DNA of 64,000 bases from Octopus vulgaris. Lineage: Eukaryota. The number at the start of each line of letters is the position of its first letter. The first letter of the stretch is position 1. The notes below the pieces were generated by a model. It saw only the letters and a program-made list of their open reading frames with translations. It ran no database searches and was not told where the DNA came from. The DNA is taken from contig OX597823.1 of the NCBI GenBank assembly GCA_951406725.2, forward strand, positions 101,804,001-101,868,000. The letters are read 5' to 3'. Below, in pieces: positions 27,580 through 38,710 of this stretch. The position numbers and the translations under genes are program-made.

Positions 27580-28542
27580 TCCCCCTCTCATTTTAAGGCG
27601 ACGAATAGTCATAAATGTTGCTAGAACGGGGGATAGTATGACCCGCAGTATCTTTCTTGACTTTCTGAGCTCTAAGTTCAAATCACACCGAAGTTAAATT
27701 TACCTTTCATTCTTTCGGGATTGCCTTTTTATCTTTTCCTTGTTTCACTCATTAGACTACGGCCTTTAACAAATTTTAGTCGACTGAATCGATTCCCGTA
27801 CTTTTTCTTTCATTTTTCTTTTGTTCTTTTATTTTTTTTACTTGGCACTTAATTTATCGGTCTCTTTGCCGAAATGCTAAGATACGGAAACGTAAACACA
27901 CCAACACTGGTTTTCAAGCAGTGATGGAGGACAAACATAGACACAAAGACACCTTTGTGGAAGGCACCTTTGGGGGCTTCGGTCCCACTATCGGGCCGCC
28001 TCGTGGTCCTCTACTCTTGTCTAATGAAACTTATTTCTGCAAATGTGCTAAGCACTGATGCTGATCAGAGTTTAATCAATAAGCGTAAGAACGAGATAAA
28101 TGTAGTAAAGATAGTGGGGTCAGTGGAGGCCCTATTTAAGCTGCCCTTCGGACATTGAAATTCATTGTCATTGCTCCGATTTGGTCGCCAATGCCATGTA
28201 TTTGGTTTAAAATACAGTAAAAATAGAGCCAGTGGGGCTCCAATTAGGCGGTCCTTAAAAAAATTGACCCCCTTCGGACATTCGCTGGGATTAGGGGACT
28301 TGCTGGATTGAGTTTTATTGTCCTTGTCCCAACGGTCTAGGAGGAGTTAACGAACATAAAAACGTAACGGACAGAGAAACACCACTCAAATTTATATTAA
28401 GGAAATTAAGATAACCTCATTCGGTTCATTTGAAAAGGGGAACTACTCTGTTAAATATTTTAGTTACCTACCTTAGCCGGCACTCATTGATGAGCTCATG
28501 AAAAAATTGTTAGAAGATAGGAAAGAGAAACAACCAGGCAGT

Positions 28543-28580
<38 letters not shown>

Positions 28581-28752
28581 ATAAAATTTACTTGTGTGTG
28601 TGTACATAAAATTTACTTGTGTGTATGTGTGTGTCTGTCTGTGTCTGTGTGTTCTATTTTATCTTTGTGTATTACCATTTGATAGTTTAATACTTTTTTT
28701 CTTCTTCGAATATGACTAGATATTTATGTATATTTTTTATTTTGTTTTGCAG

Positions 28753-30273
28753 AGAAATTGCTGTATAAAATGGGTATTCTACTCTTTGATGTTGCTGTCT
28801 CTTTTTCTGCACGCAACCGATGCTACGAAACGGGTTCACTGCCAGAAAGGATGTTCTTGCAAACACGGTAAAGTGATGTGTAGCAAATTAAAATCCTTCC
28901 CCAATAACTTACCTAACACCACCATGTCCTTGGAAATCCGCGACTCTAATATAACAGACATCCCACCTGGAGCGTTAGCATTTTCATCAAACATTCGCCA
29001 CTTAACCATCATTAACAGCAAAATTGACAAAATCCTCACCTGTGCATTCAGCAATCTTAAACGCATCAGCATCACATTTACTGGAAGTGCTATTGTTGAA
29101 ATACAAGAAGGAGCGTTCCGCCATCTAGTGGATGATGTCGTCATTTCTTTGAAATATACAACTATATTTCGTTTACATAGTTTTGCATTTGATGATCTGC
29201 GAAATGTTGATGCGCTTTACATAACTCATTGCAGTTTTAAGTCAATTAGTTCATTTGCATTTAGTAAAATACACAGCGTGAAGAAAGTCCATATCGCCAA
29301 CAACAACTTTCCAATCCTTCCATCTTTGACATTTATTAATGTAAAAAATATTGGACTGTGGGACATGGAATTTAATACATTTTCTGATTTTGCTTGCAAC
29401 CCGTTTAGCTACCTGTTTTGGAATGTTACCGAAGTGAATGTTGTCTTCAATAGATTACCTTGTTCTTGTGAAGTGGCTAAATTTTTGCAATCCGATTTTC
29501 CTTTCCCTGAACATATACGGGATGCTTTTATAATTGAAAACATGTGTTACGAATACGGAAAGGCTGAAGATACGTTCCTCAGCAATTTAGTTCAGGAGCA
29601 AAAGAATTGTGAAAGCTTACGTCTGGCAAGTTGTACTGAAAACGCAATGAACTCTTTAGAGGTGATTTGTCAAAAATCTTCAGTCATACGCACTGATAAG
29701 TTGTCATCACTGATTCCTCATGCTACAGTGAATCCTGATTTATCGACAGTCAGAGATCCAAACGGTGTTTATGCTGATGAAATAGAACCCCTCTATAACA
29801 ACCCAACCACAAAATTTGACAGTCAAGAAAAAAGTGATAGCCAAAAGAAAAAAACAGAAACCAAAGACGACATGATTCCTAAGGATGGTATAACTTCTGG
29901 TGACAGAGAAGCATCTGCTGATGGTATTAATGATGAATCCAAGCATCCAGATTTGGGATCGGCAAAAAGACATGAGCCCAAGGATGAAGTTGATGTGGTT
30001 ATTAGTCGAGTCCTAAAAGATACCAGTACTTTACCCACCTCCAGAAAAACTGAGCGAATGAACAAGAAAACCAGCAACAAAGCAGATTCCATCAGCGGAC
30101 GTATTGGGTCGATTGTCACTGAAACACCGAATCCTAAAAGTACGAAGTCAACTTCTCTTCAGCTGCAAAACCAACCATCTAAAACAAGTGGACAGTCTGC
30201 CCTGCATGCCTACACAAAATTTTGTATCATCTCGTTTCTGTTGGCCATAAACTGTGCAGTGCCATATTTCTAA
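28753..30273 (+). CDS. Leucine-rich-repeat cell-surface protein, probably GPI-anchored (signal peptide, LRRNT, ~7 LRRs, LRRCT, low-complexity stalk, hydrophobic C-terminus); large terminal exon
   Basis: 515-codon ORF in otherwise ORF-poor DNA. Acceptor ttttgttttgcag at 28752 (phase 0); an in-frame ATG also lies at 28789. Hydrophobic WVFYSLMLLSLFLHATDA; LRRNT CQKGCSCKHGKVMCS; repeats of LxIxxSxIxxIxxxAF type; LRRCT NRLPCSCEV..MC..C; S/T/K/D-rich stalk; tail SGQSALHAYTKFCIISFLLAINCAVPYF* with no cytoplasmic domain. Confidence 0.9.
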   Translation, partial: RNCCIKWVFYSLMLLSLFLHATDATKRVHCQKGCSCKHGKVMCSKLKSFPNNLPNTTMSLEIRDSNITDIPPGALAFSSNIRHLTIINSKIDKILTCAFSNLKRISITFTGSAIVEIQEGAFRHLVDDVVISLKYTTIFRLHSFAFDDLRNVDALYITHCSFKSISSFAFSKIHSVKKVHIANNNFPILPSLTFINVKNIGLWDMEFNTFSDFACNPFSYLFWNVTEVNVVFNRLPCSCEVAKFLQSDFPFPEHIRDAFIIENMCYEYGKAEDTFLSNLVQEQKNCESLRLASCTENAMNSLEVICQKSSVIRTDKLSSLIPHATVNPDLSTVRDPNGVYADEIEPLYNNPTTKFDSQEKSDSQKKKTETKDDMIPKDGITSGDREASADGINDESKHPDLGSAKRHEPKDEVDVVISRVLKDTSTLPTSRKTERMNKKTSNKADSISGRIGSIVTETPNPKSTKSTSLQLQNQPSKTSGQSALHAYTKFCIISFLLAINCAVPYF

Positions 30274-30301
30274 AGACATGCATGTGTACGTAAATGTCAT
30301 A

Positions 30302-30307
30302 AATAAA
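30302..30307 (+). promoter_or_regulatory. Candidate proximal polyadenylation signal of the LRR gene
   Basis: AATAAA ~28 nt after the stop codon, followed by T-rich sequence. A longer 3' UTR is also possible. Confidence 0.35.
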
Positions 30308-31114
30308 GTTATATTTTTGTAAATATTCCTTAAGTTATCTTTAATTCCCAAATCCTAAAGAAAAACTATTGACTGAGGCAATGTTTTCAGAAACCGGTAG
30401 ATCTAAATTCAAGAATGTTTGTCTTTTCATAGCCTAAACACTTGGTCTACAGCACTTGTACGAACGTAAATTTAGCAAAAAGAGAGAAAAAAAAGCCAAT
30501 TGGATAGAACATAGGTCTACCGCGCGTTTAATTGCCAAATAAAGTGGTAATCCTTCCTCTGCTAGATAGAATTAGTCGAGAAAGGTTAAGTGGTTTATCC
30601 AGGGATGCAATGTAACATCTATACTGGAATGTGAACCCATGACAACGATGTGGACAAGTATTTCTTCGTAAAGACTCATGTGTGCAACATCTGTATCTAC
30701 GCCCATCAAGGCTAAATTCTTTAATGATCTACCTGAAGTATTTCGGTATAAAATTGTCCGAGTGTTTCATTGATTGTGATTTTGTCTTCATGTGTAGTGA
30801 GTTGACGGGAATGGTAAAGACCGGGCTAATAATGTTAGAGAATGAGCTAATAAAGCTGAAGACCAGGCTAAGAATGCCTTGCAGCTTCTAGTTTCGTCCC
30901 TTTACGTGCTGAAGTCAAATTTCTCCAGGCTCATCTTTGCTTTTCTTCACATAAATATATATGGCCTTGAGCCATCCTAAGAAATCCTTTACTTTGGCTT
31001 GACTCACAAGTCAAGATTTCTAGTTTAGAATGACCAGTAAATACAGTATCAAAATAATTTATACTGAGACTTATACATATACAACACGCACATACAGACC
31101 CATTCGTTCTCATT

Positions 31115-31148
<34 letters not shown>

Positions 31149-32836
31149 CAATACTACATTTATTAATAATGAAACACAAAATTAATCATACTGTTTGATG
31201 TTCATTTTTCGATCATCGAGTTTGGAATTGTCTTCCAGTCCGATTTTGTTAATATTTGTACAAAAAACAAATGGTGGCAGTCATTGGGAGTAGAATCTTC
31301 TAAAATAATTTGTTTGAATAATATTGTGTTCTTGTTTTTGTAATTCCTACCAGAATTTGTACTATAATGCCTAATTTCGTGATTTTTTTTAAAATTCTAA
31401 ATTAAATTATATTTGAATTAAAAAAAATTATATCTGGATTAAAGTATCTGTTCCTCAATTAATTAAGTCTTTAAATTTATCATAAGTCATCAACATGGAT
31501 TGAATTGTCGTAATTGATGATTACACTGTCGCTGTCTGTGAATATCGTTCTCCTTCTTCACTCATTAAGCTGTTAAATGTATGCTATATTTACAGACAAG
31601 TCGCTATACCTTTTTCTTTGCCTGTCACTTTATGATATATAGTATAGAACATCAATAAGACCTTACCAAGGTTCGAAATTAGTTCTGCATAATATCAAAA
31701 TTCAGTCGGACGATTCCATATCATCTTTCCTTCGTCTGTGGTTTCAACAAGATGAACAAATGGAATGAGAATTGCGTGTATCTTTCTCAAAGGATATAGA
31801 TCAGATTACGGACTTATGATTTATTAAATGATCATTTTCGATAACATAACATAACGATTTTATTAACAGCTTCCGGTGGATTAAGATGACCGCATCTGTA
31901 ACGTGTTACAACTCAAATTGAAAGACGATGTACTCTGTTCCCGGTACTCACTGTGTTCATACTTGCTTTAAGGAGCAAGGGCATTATGTAACTGATGTTC
32001 CATTCTTCCAGCATTGCAGAGAACAAATCCTCATGGCTTGATGAAAATATTGAGCATTTATTACAATATAAACTTCATGGAAAAAATCTTGTTGCTACTT
32101 TCATATCCTAGCAGCAAAATACGAAATCTGATCCAACAATCTTGATATATGAAGTGAATTGAGACTTAATACAGATAGAATTTTAAGAAAAATACTTTTG
32201 AATTTGAGACTGTTCGCAAAGTTGAAAATGATTCGGGTCGTTTCTCGATAAAACCATTAACGCTGTCAATCAATTTTCGTATCGGACATATTTGTCGTTC
32301 TGAAGAACTGAAATAAGTTTAATGCATTGTCAGTAATGACAATAGCTACAGAGTATTAACAGATGTGTTGCTTGTTTTTTGTTACCACAGTGTATAAAGC
32401 AGATTGCAAAGAGCAATAGATGATGTTCCACTGTAAAAATGAAAACAAGATTATATATGTGGTGTGTTCTTTATTTCAGTGTTTGTATGCCATATCCTTT
32501 TCTTTAATCATAACTAAGTTGTTTTTCTTTTTATAGAGTATGAAAAGATTTTTAAAAGTGTAAGAGCACAAGATGAATAGTGAACAAACAATTCATAGAA
32601 TTTAGAGGGTATATGTAATGGAGAGAGTGACAGAGACTTTCATGCAATCACTGGATGTTGAAAAAAATCACGAATGTATTTGAAACGTGTAAAAGAAATT
32701 CAAATATTATGGCGAGCAATCACACGACAATGCAACTTTTGCTCTTCAGCTTGGTATAAAATCCAAGTTGTATGCGTACCAACAACACCATCCCAGATAT
32801 GATAGCACATCATTATACTCGAATATTGGTGAATAT

Positions 32837-32867
<31 letters not shown>

Positions 32868-32868
32868 C

Positions 32869-32912
<44 letters not shown>

Positions 32913-34190
32913 GATTAAGATAGATTGTGTAACTTTTGTATTTGCTTAGAGGCCGTTAATAGTGTGTTATGTCAGGAAGATGTTACCTTGATACATCGTA
33001 ACGTTGCGTTTATACTATCATTTCCGTTATGTTAACGGAAGAAGTGTAATTGTGGTAACAAGAGCTGTCTAAGGAACGTTACATGACACTTGTATGACGG
33101 AAGGTCAAGGAAGACTGAACAGTAAAAGTGGAGACAGTGTCACGTGACAACTTGCTGGGGCTGCCTGCTGGAGCCTAGCAGCAGGTATTTAAAGGGAAAA
33201 GTTTGACAAGACAGCCAGTCGCCCGCTGGCACTCATTGACGCTACATCGAAGAGGCCAGGGAACAGAAGAAAGAAGAAGACATGCACCCAACACCAGAAC
33301 TGAAGACATCTCCGAAAGTGGAGGCCGCCATGTCAAAACGGTAGAGGAGTAGGGGCCGAAACCGGACATCCTGATGATGTCTTGAGCTAACTGGATCCTA
33401 TAAAGGAGCTGTTGTGGTAGCAGACCACGAAACACGGTTGAAATTCCTCATATGTATAAATATTTGTGTTGTTAGAAGTAGCAGCAACAAGTAGATCGTT
33501 AATTATCAGCAAGAAGAGTATAGAAGACATGACCAAACTGTATGGTACAACAGAGTTGATGGGAGGTGGATTGGAGATAAAACTTTATCAATGCTATGAA
33601 GAGTCAACTGATTCAGACATGATGCGATGGAGATTGTCTCCGTACGAGCAATTAACTCAGGGTGTTGCCAAGTCAAACACTCTCGAAGACTTTACTAATG
33701 TCAAGAAACAGTAAGCTTGCTTTCATCGATAATCTCAAGGATGGGTGTCCGCTGCTGATAATTACCAGAGAGTAAGTCTCTGGGGACGAAAAAAAAGGCA
33801 GTAAATTGCTGAAGTAGTCGGTTCCATTATTGTTTGGAAAGCACAAGAAGGATGTTGATAGACGAAGCGCGACTGCCCTACTTGAACATAAGACATAGTA
33901 TGGTATATTTCGACACGCTGAAATATCACCTGTTAAAGAAAGTATGGAGCGCGAGTGTAATTCCAAAGGATTTTTAATACTAACGTAAAAGCGGTGTTAT
34001 TGTATGGGGCTGAGACATGACGAACAACAGTTAAGTCAAATAAGCAAATACAATCATTCATCAACGCTTGCATAGTATACTTAAAATTAGATGGCCTGAA
34101 CACATAAGAAATATGGAGCTATGACAATGAACAAATCAAGTTTCGATTAGGGAGCAAATATTTAAGAAAAAGTGGAAGAGGATTGGTAGC

Positions 34191-34399
34191 TGTTATGTGT
34201 AGTTTGAGTTCTAATGGGATAGACAACCAACTGAAAGCCATTGTTATTGTTAACGTGTTTATTTGCTATTCATGTTACATGAACTCGACATTCAGCGTAG
34301 TAATACATAATATACTTTACACACAGTTTGTACTATTCACTAACAAAATAGTGCCAAGAGTGGGGATGCACGTATACACATAGATATGAATGTGTAACA
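34191..34399 (-). repeat. 3' LTR (209 bp)
   Basis: Direct repeat of 37338-37548; termini tgtta..taaca; preceded on - by the PPT. Confidence 0.95.
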
Positions 34400-34565
34400 T
34401 CCCTTCTTCTTGAAAAAAATAAAGAGGTCTTCTGGCAGTGAAGACAATTATGAGTAGTCTCCCTTGCTCTATGGATTGTCAGCCTAAGGTGGAAATCCTA
34501 CAGCAGAAATCGTGAGATAATTCTGCCTCTGCTTTGTAGTCTAGCTGAATTAGTTACTTATCTTT

Positions 34566-36542
34566 TCATTTTCTTTTTTTTTCTTTAACGGTATCGAACC
34601 GGTGGCAGAATGTTCTTTCTCCATCTGGTGGCTCTTGTGCTTCGCACCGGTGTCTGAGGTGTGTTGTTGGGCTGCTGATAGGTGGTTGTGCCCGTTGGGG
34701 TGATGATTCTGTAGGTGTTGTACACGTTATACTCGACAGCTTTGGTGTTGGGCGGATGTGGGCCCTGTTGCGTCTCAGCTGCCTACCAGATTCCGTTTCT
34801 ATTATATATGATCTTGGAGTTTCAGCTCTACTGACAACCTGTGCTGGGATCCATGTTTTAGTTATGGGATCTTGAGTATGCACATGTTGTCCTCCAAGTA
34901 TCTCAGGTAAATATTGTGCATGTTTGTTGTAATACCTCTGTGATTGTTCTTGAGTGGTTGCTAGCTATGCCCTTGTCTCTTCCTGGTCAATAGGAGGCTG
35001 GATCTTAGTTGGCAGGGTAGTTTTGTACTTCCTGCCATTCAGCAATTCTGCTGGGGATTTCATGTCAGCTCTCAGTGGTGTCGCTCGTAGGGACAGAAGT
35101 GCCAGGTGTGAGTCTTCCTTAGTCTCTCGGCATTTGACTAGTGTTCTCTTCACTGTCTGCACCTGTCTTTCTATAAACCTATGACCTTTGGGGTAGTGTG
35201 GAGATGAAGTTGTAATATTGAACCCATACTCATCGGCTAGCTTTTTGAATTCTTGTGATGTGAACTGGGTTCCATTGTAACATATGATCTGCTCTGGTAT
35301 TCCTTGCTCTGCTAGAAGTCCTCGAGCCACTGTAGTGATTGTTTTGGCAGTCAGGTCTTTCACTTTTCTCACAAATGGAAATTTGGAGTAGTAGCAGGCC
35401 ATTATCAAATACCATTCTTGGCCCTCTGTGAACAGATCTACTCCAATAGTTTGCCATGGCCTTCTTGGGATGTCACTAGATATCATTTCCTCCTTTTGTT
35501 GTAAGTTTCTGTACTTTTGACAGATGTGGCATGTAGAAACTGTCTTTTCTATGTCTTTGTACATGCCTACCCAATATACTGCTGACTTGGCTTGGAGCTT
35601 GCATTTCTCCATTCCTAGATGCCCTTGGTGGATCTTGTCAAGAATCTCCTTTTGCATTGACTTGGGTATAATGACCACTGATATATCATCATGGATGGCC
35701 CAATATTCACGAATTAGGGGCTGCACCTGATGTCTCTTTTCTGGCCACCCCTGAATCACCATCTGAGTAAGGAGCTGAAGTTCTTCATCTTTGCTGGTCT
35801 CCTCTTTGATTTCCGCTAGCTTTGTGGTTGTCACATTTACAATGTGGTGGACCTTTATGCTTAGTCCTTCCATCTCCTGTTTGTTTGTGATTGGTGGTCG
35901 GTCTTTGATAGGCATATCACTGTCAATCCTGCTTGGAGCTGCTTTCACTTCACCATTGACCGACACAATATTTAACCTCCTGCAGGTATCGAGTCCAAGA
36001 ATTGCTGGTCCTTCTGTTCTTGTGACATAAAAAGAACACTTAATTATTTTCCCTTTGTGTGTCCCTGTGATAGTTGTTTTACCCAGTTGTGGAATCCTGG
36101 TTCCTCCGTTCGCAGTGAGGATTACATCACTTGGTGTGAGGATTCCTTCTTTGACTTTATCCTCTTCTGTCATGTGTTCTGGGAACATCTTTTTGTAGAG
36201 GTTGACAGGTAAGATATTACTCTGGGCTCCAGTGTCAATCTTTAGCCTTAAGTCTATGTTTGTTCGTTTCCTGCCAGACTTCTTCTGTATTCTTATTGTT
36301 GTGTATGCCTCATCTTCTTTCTTCCGGTCGTCCTTTCCCATCTCATGCACATTTATTGTGCCGACTGCCAAGAATTCCTCCTCTGAGGTGTTTTGTTCCT
36401 GTTGTTGTGCATGTATATCTCTTCTATTTCTGCTCCTCTTTGAAAATTGGGGCTTGTATTTCTGGGATTTTGTTAACCTACACATTTTTTCCCAGTGGTT
36501 AAGTTTTCCACATGCTTTAAGTGTGTACCGAATGCAGGACAT
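34566..36542 (-). pseudogene. Second zinc knuckle, aspartic protease and integrase of the LTR element
   Basis: CGKLNHWEKMC knuckle; KIDTGAQSNIL protease; HQGHLG..CHIC zinc motif; rve core GVDLF / ICYNGTQF / IERQVQ. Premature TAG at 34965, then WIPAQVV..PRSYII..LRRNR C-terminus. Confidence 0.9.
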
Positions 36543-37217
36543 TTCTTTCGGTTATTGAATTCATGCTCCATACCACAGTACTGGCATGTTCTTTGTTTTC
36601 GGGTATGTGTCTTGCGCCTAGATACAATATCTACACTGCTGCCTAGTGAGCTTGTTTGTAAGCTAAGTGAGGCCATTTGTTTGGTAGTAGCTTCGAATGC
36701 TCTTGCAGTGTCTACTGCTTCTATCAACTGGAGAGCGTCCTTACCTATGAGGGATTTCTGAACTTCCTTATGAGCACACCCCCATATTAATTGATCAACG
36801 ATTCTTTCGTCCTTATCTTTGAATTTGCATTTTTCGGCAACATTCGTTAGTCTGGACAGGACTAAAGAATGTTTAGTCAATCGTTTCTTGTGGGTCTTGT
36901 TTCAGGCCCTGGAATTCGTATCTGTGAATTCTATGGTTCGATCTGGGCTCTAGGTGCCTTTCAAATTTCTCAAGAAGTGTGTCTGGGTTATTGCAGTCTG
37001 ATTCTGACATATCCCAGCTATTGAATAGGTCTATACCTTTATTGCCCGTCCATAAAAGGATATAGCTTACCTTCTCATCATCAGTTGTGCTTTTCAGGAA
37101 ACTTTTGAAAGCTAGTTGAGTTTTCTGTTTGAATTTCTTAAATGCTTCTACGACACCAACGGAATCCCAATTCATAATCGGATGTAGATTCATCTGTACG
37201 GCGACAGGGGTCGCCAT
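36473..37217 (-). pseudogene. gag of the LTR element (two frameshifts)
   Basis: MATPVAV..RYEFQGLKQDPQETID / LSRLTNVAEKCKF..RIVDQLIWG..CQYCGMEH..CPAFG, typical of Mag-type gag. Confidence 0.88.
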
Positions 37218-37324
37218 CTTGGATCGTCGTGTTGTCCGAAGGCGAAGTGATGTTTTGTTTGTTAATTTCCTCGTTCGTTGTGTTTCTGTTTTGTTGTAAA
37301 GGCACAGTTTCCGATTAATTATTT

Positions 37325-37337
37325 ACCGCTGCCACCA
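37325..37337 (-). promoter_or_regulatory. Primer-binding site complementary to the 3' end of tRNA-Leu
   Basis: TGGTGGCAGCGGT immediately inside the 5' LTR; complementary to the tRNA-Leu 3' end ..ACCGCUGCCACCA. Confidence 0.85.
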
Positions 37338-37548
37338 TGTTATGTGTAGTTTGGGTTCTAATGGGAGAGACAACCAATATGAAAGCCATTGTTATTGTTT
37401 TACGTGTTTATTTACTTTTCATGTTACACGGACTCGACATTCATCGTAGTAATACATAATATACTTTACACACAGTTTGTACTATTCACTAACAAAATAG
37501 TGCCAAGAGTGGGGATGCACGTATACACATAGATATGAATGTGTAACA
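37338..37548 (-). repeat. 5' LTR (211 bp)
   Basis: Direct repeat of 34191-34399; followed on - by the PBS. Confidence 0.95.
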
Positions 37549-38661
37549 GTAGCATAATTAGAAAAGACACACCAAATGTAGCGAAAAGTGCTTTACGGTG
37601 GAAACCGGATGGATATAGAAGGAGAGGTAGGCTTAAGAACTCGTGGCGGAGATCAAGGCAAAAGGAACTAGAGAAAGGGGGACATTCATGGCGGAGTATA
37701 AGTACAGAAGCCAAAAATTATGCGACATGGAATTCAACTATAAGTGGTCTATACTCCACGTTGGAGGGTTAAAGGCATGAAGAAGAAGAAAAAAGAAATA
37801 TCGGAAAGGACGTCGAGGACGGGGTTTGTTCTGGCGTGCCCTCTTCGAAGAATAATTGTAAGAAGACTGTCAGGATCAGGTGCCGAGTTTGTTTGTTTGT
37901 TTGTTTGGTGAAGAGCTTTTCACATGTGACAGATGTGTGTGTGTGCTAATGAGATAGGTGGAATAAAGTTGAGTTTCAGAGGAATTTTGGTTGTGTGTGA
38001 AATAATGCAGTTAAAAGAATAATGAGCTGCAAGTGCCGCTTTTGTTTTGTTTTCCTATACAGAAGTGGGAATGCTACTAAAGAACCATATTATTCGAAGG
38101 GTGAGAAGCGTAATATTCCTCCGTCAGCAAAGATTCTCTTGATCATAGACAAGGCTCAGCTTCAGTTTGGAAGAGAAGTGAGTTTGCATGTACGAAGGAA
38201 TCCTTTGCTTCCTTGATGTTCGTTTTGCAAGCCTTTCTATAACAAACAAACGCTTCGTGGTTGGTGGTCACAGACAACTTCCTCAAGGTGTCATAGGTGT
38301 GAGAGAACAGTGTAGGTGTTTGGGGTTGTTGTCTTCGCTTCTGTGAAGAATGTAAAAGAAGATTACGTAGAAGTATGGCTTCAGTCACATGTTTAGCAAT
38401 CTCGGATAGAAGTCAGACCGAAATATATATATATACTGCAAGGAGCAGCTGGTATAGAACTGGTGAGGATCTGGACGTTCAAGAGGATAAAAAAGGGATA
38501 TCTCACAGTAGGAAGATGGGATATTTATTGCCTTGCTTAGACATTACTTGCATGATTCAAGAATGAAAACTTGGTAAATTTGGAGTTGAGAAAGAAATCA
38601 AGATTTTTCGAGAGAGAGTTTGTCGGTCAGGAAATGGGTAAGTGATTATTCTAGAGAGTTC

Positions 38662-38710
<49 letters not shown>

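Larger units (their letters stand above)
34191..37548 (-). mobile_element. Ty3/Gypsy (Mag-like) LTR retrotransposon, non-autonomous, lacking RT-RNase H
   Basis: TG..CA LTRs at 34191-34399 and 37338-37548; 5-bp TSD GTAGC (34186-34190, 37549-37553); PBS TGGTGGCAGCGGT; PPT aagaagaaggga (34400-34411); gag, protease and integrase ORFs. Confidence 0.97.
33928..37794 (+). mobile_element. 5'-truncated RTE-clade LINE (33928-34190 + 37549-37794), split by an LTR element
   Basis: IFNTNVKAVLLYGAET*..ILKIRWPEHIRNMEL..KKKWKRIG continues after the insert as IIRKDTPNVAKSALRWKPDGYRRRGRLKNSWRR..SGLYSTLEG*. (GAA)n tail; candidate TSD gaaatatc at 33920-33927 and 37795-37802. Confidence 0.85.

Noticed and set aside
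27950-28405. Possible Helitron/Helentron-like relic
   Set aside because: Only one end is suggestive and there is no second copy in the window.
28726-28752. ORF-track start MYIFYFVLQ for the LRR protein
   Set aside because: Lies in the polypyrimidine tract and acceptor; most likely intronic.
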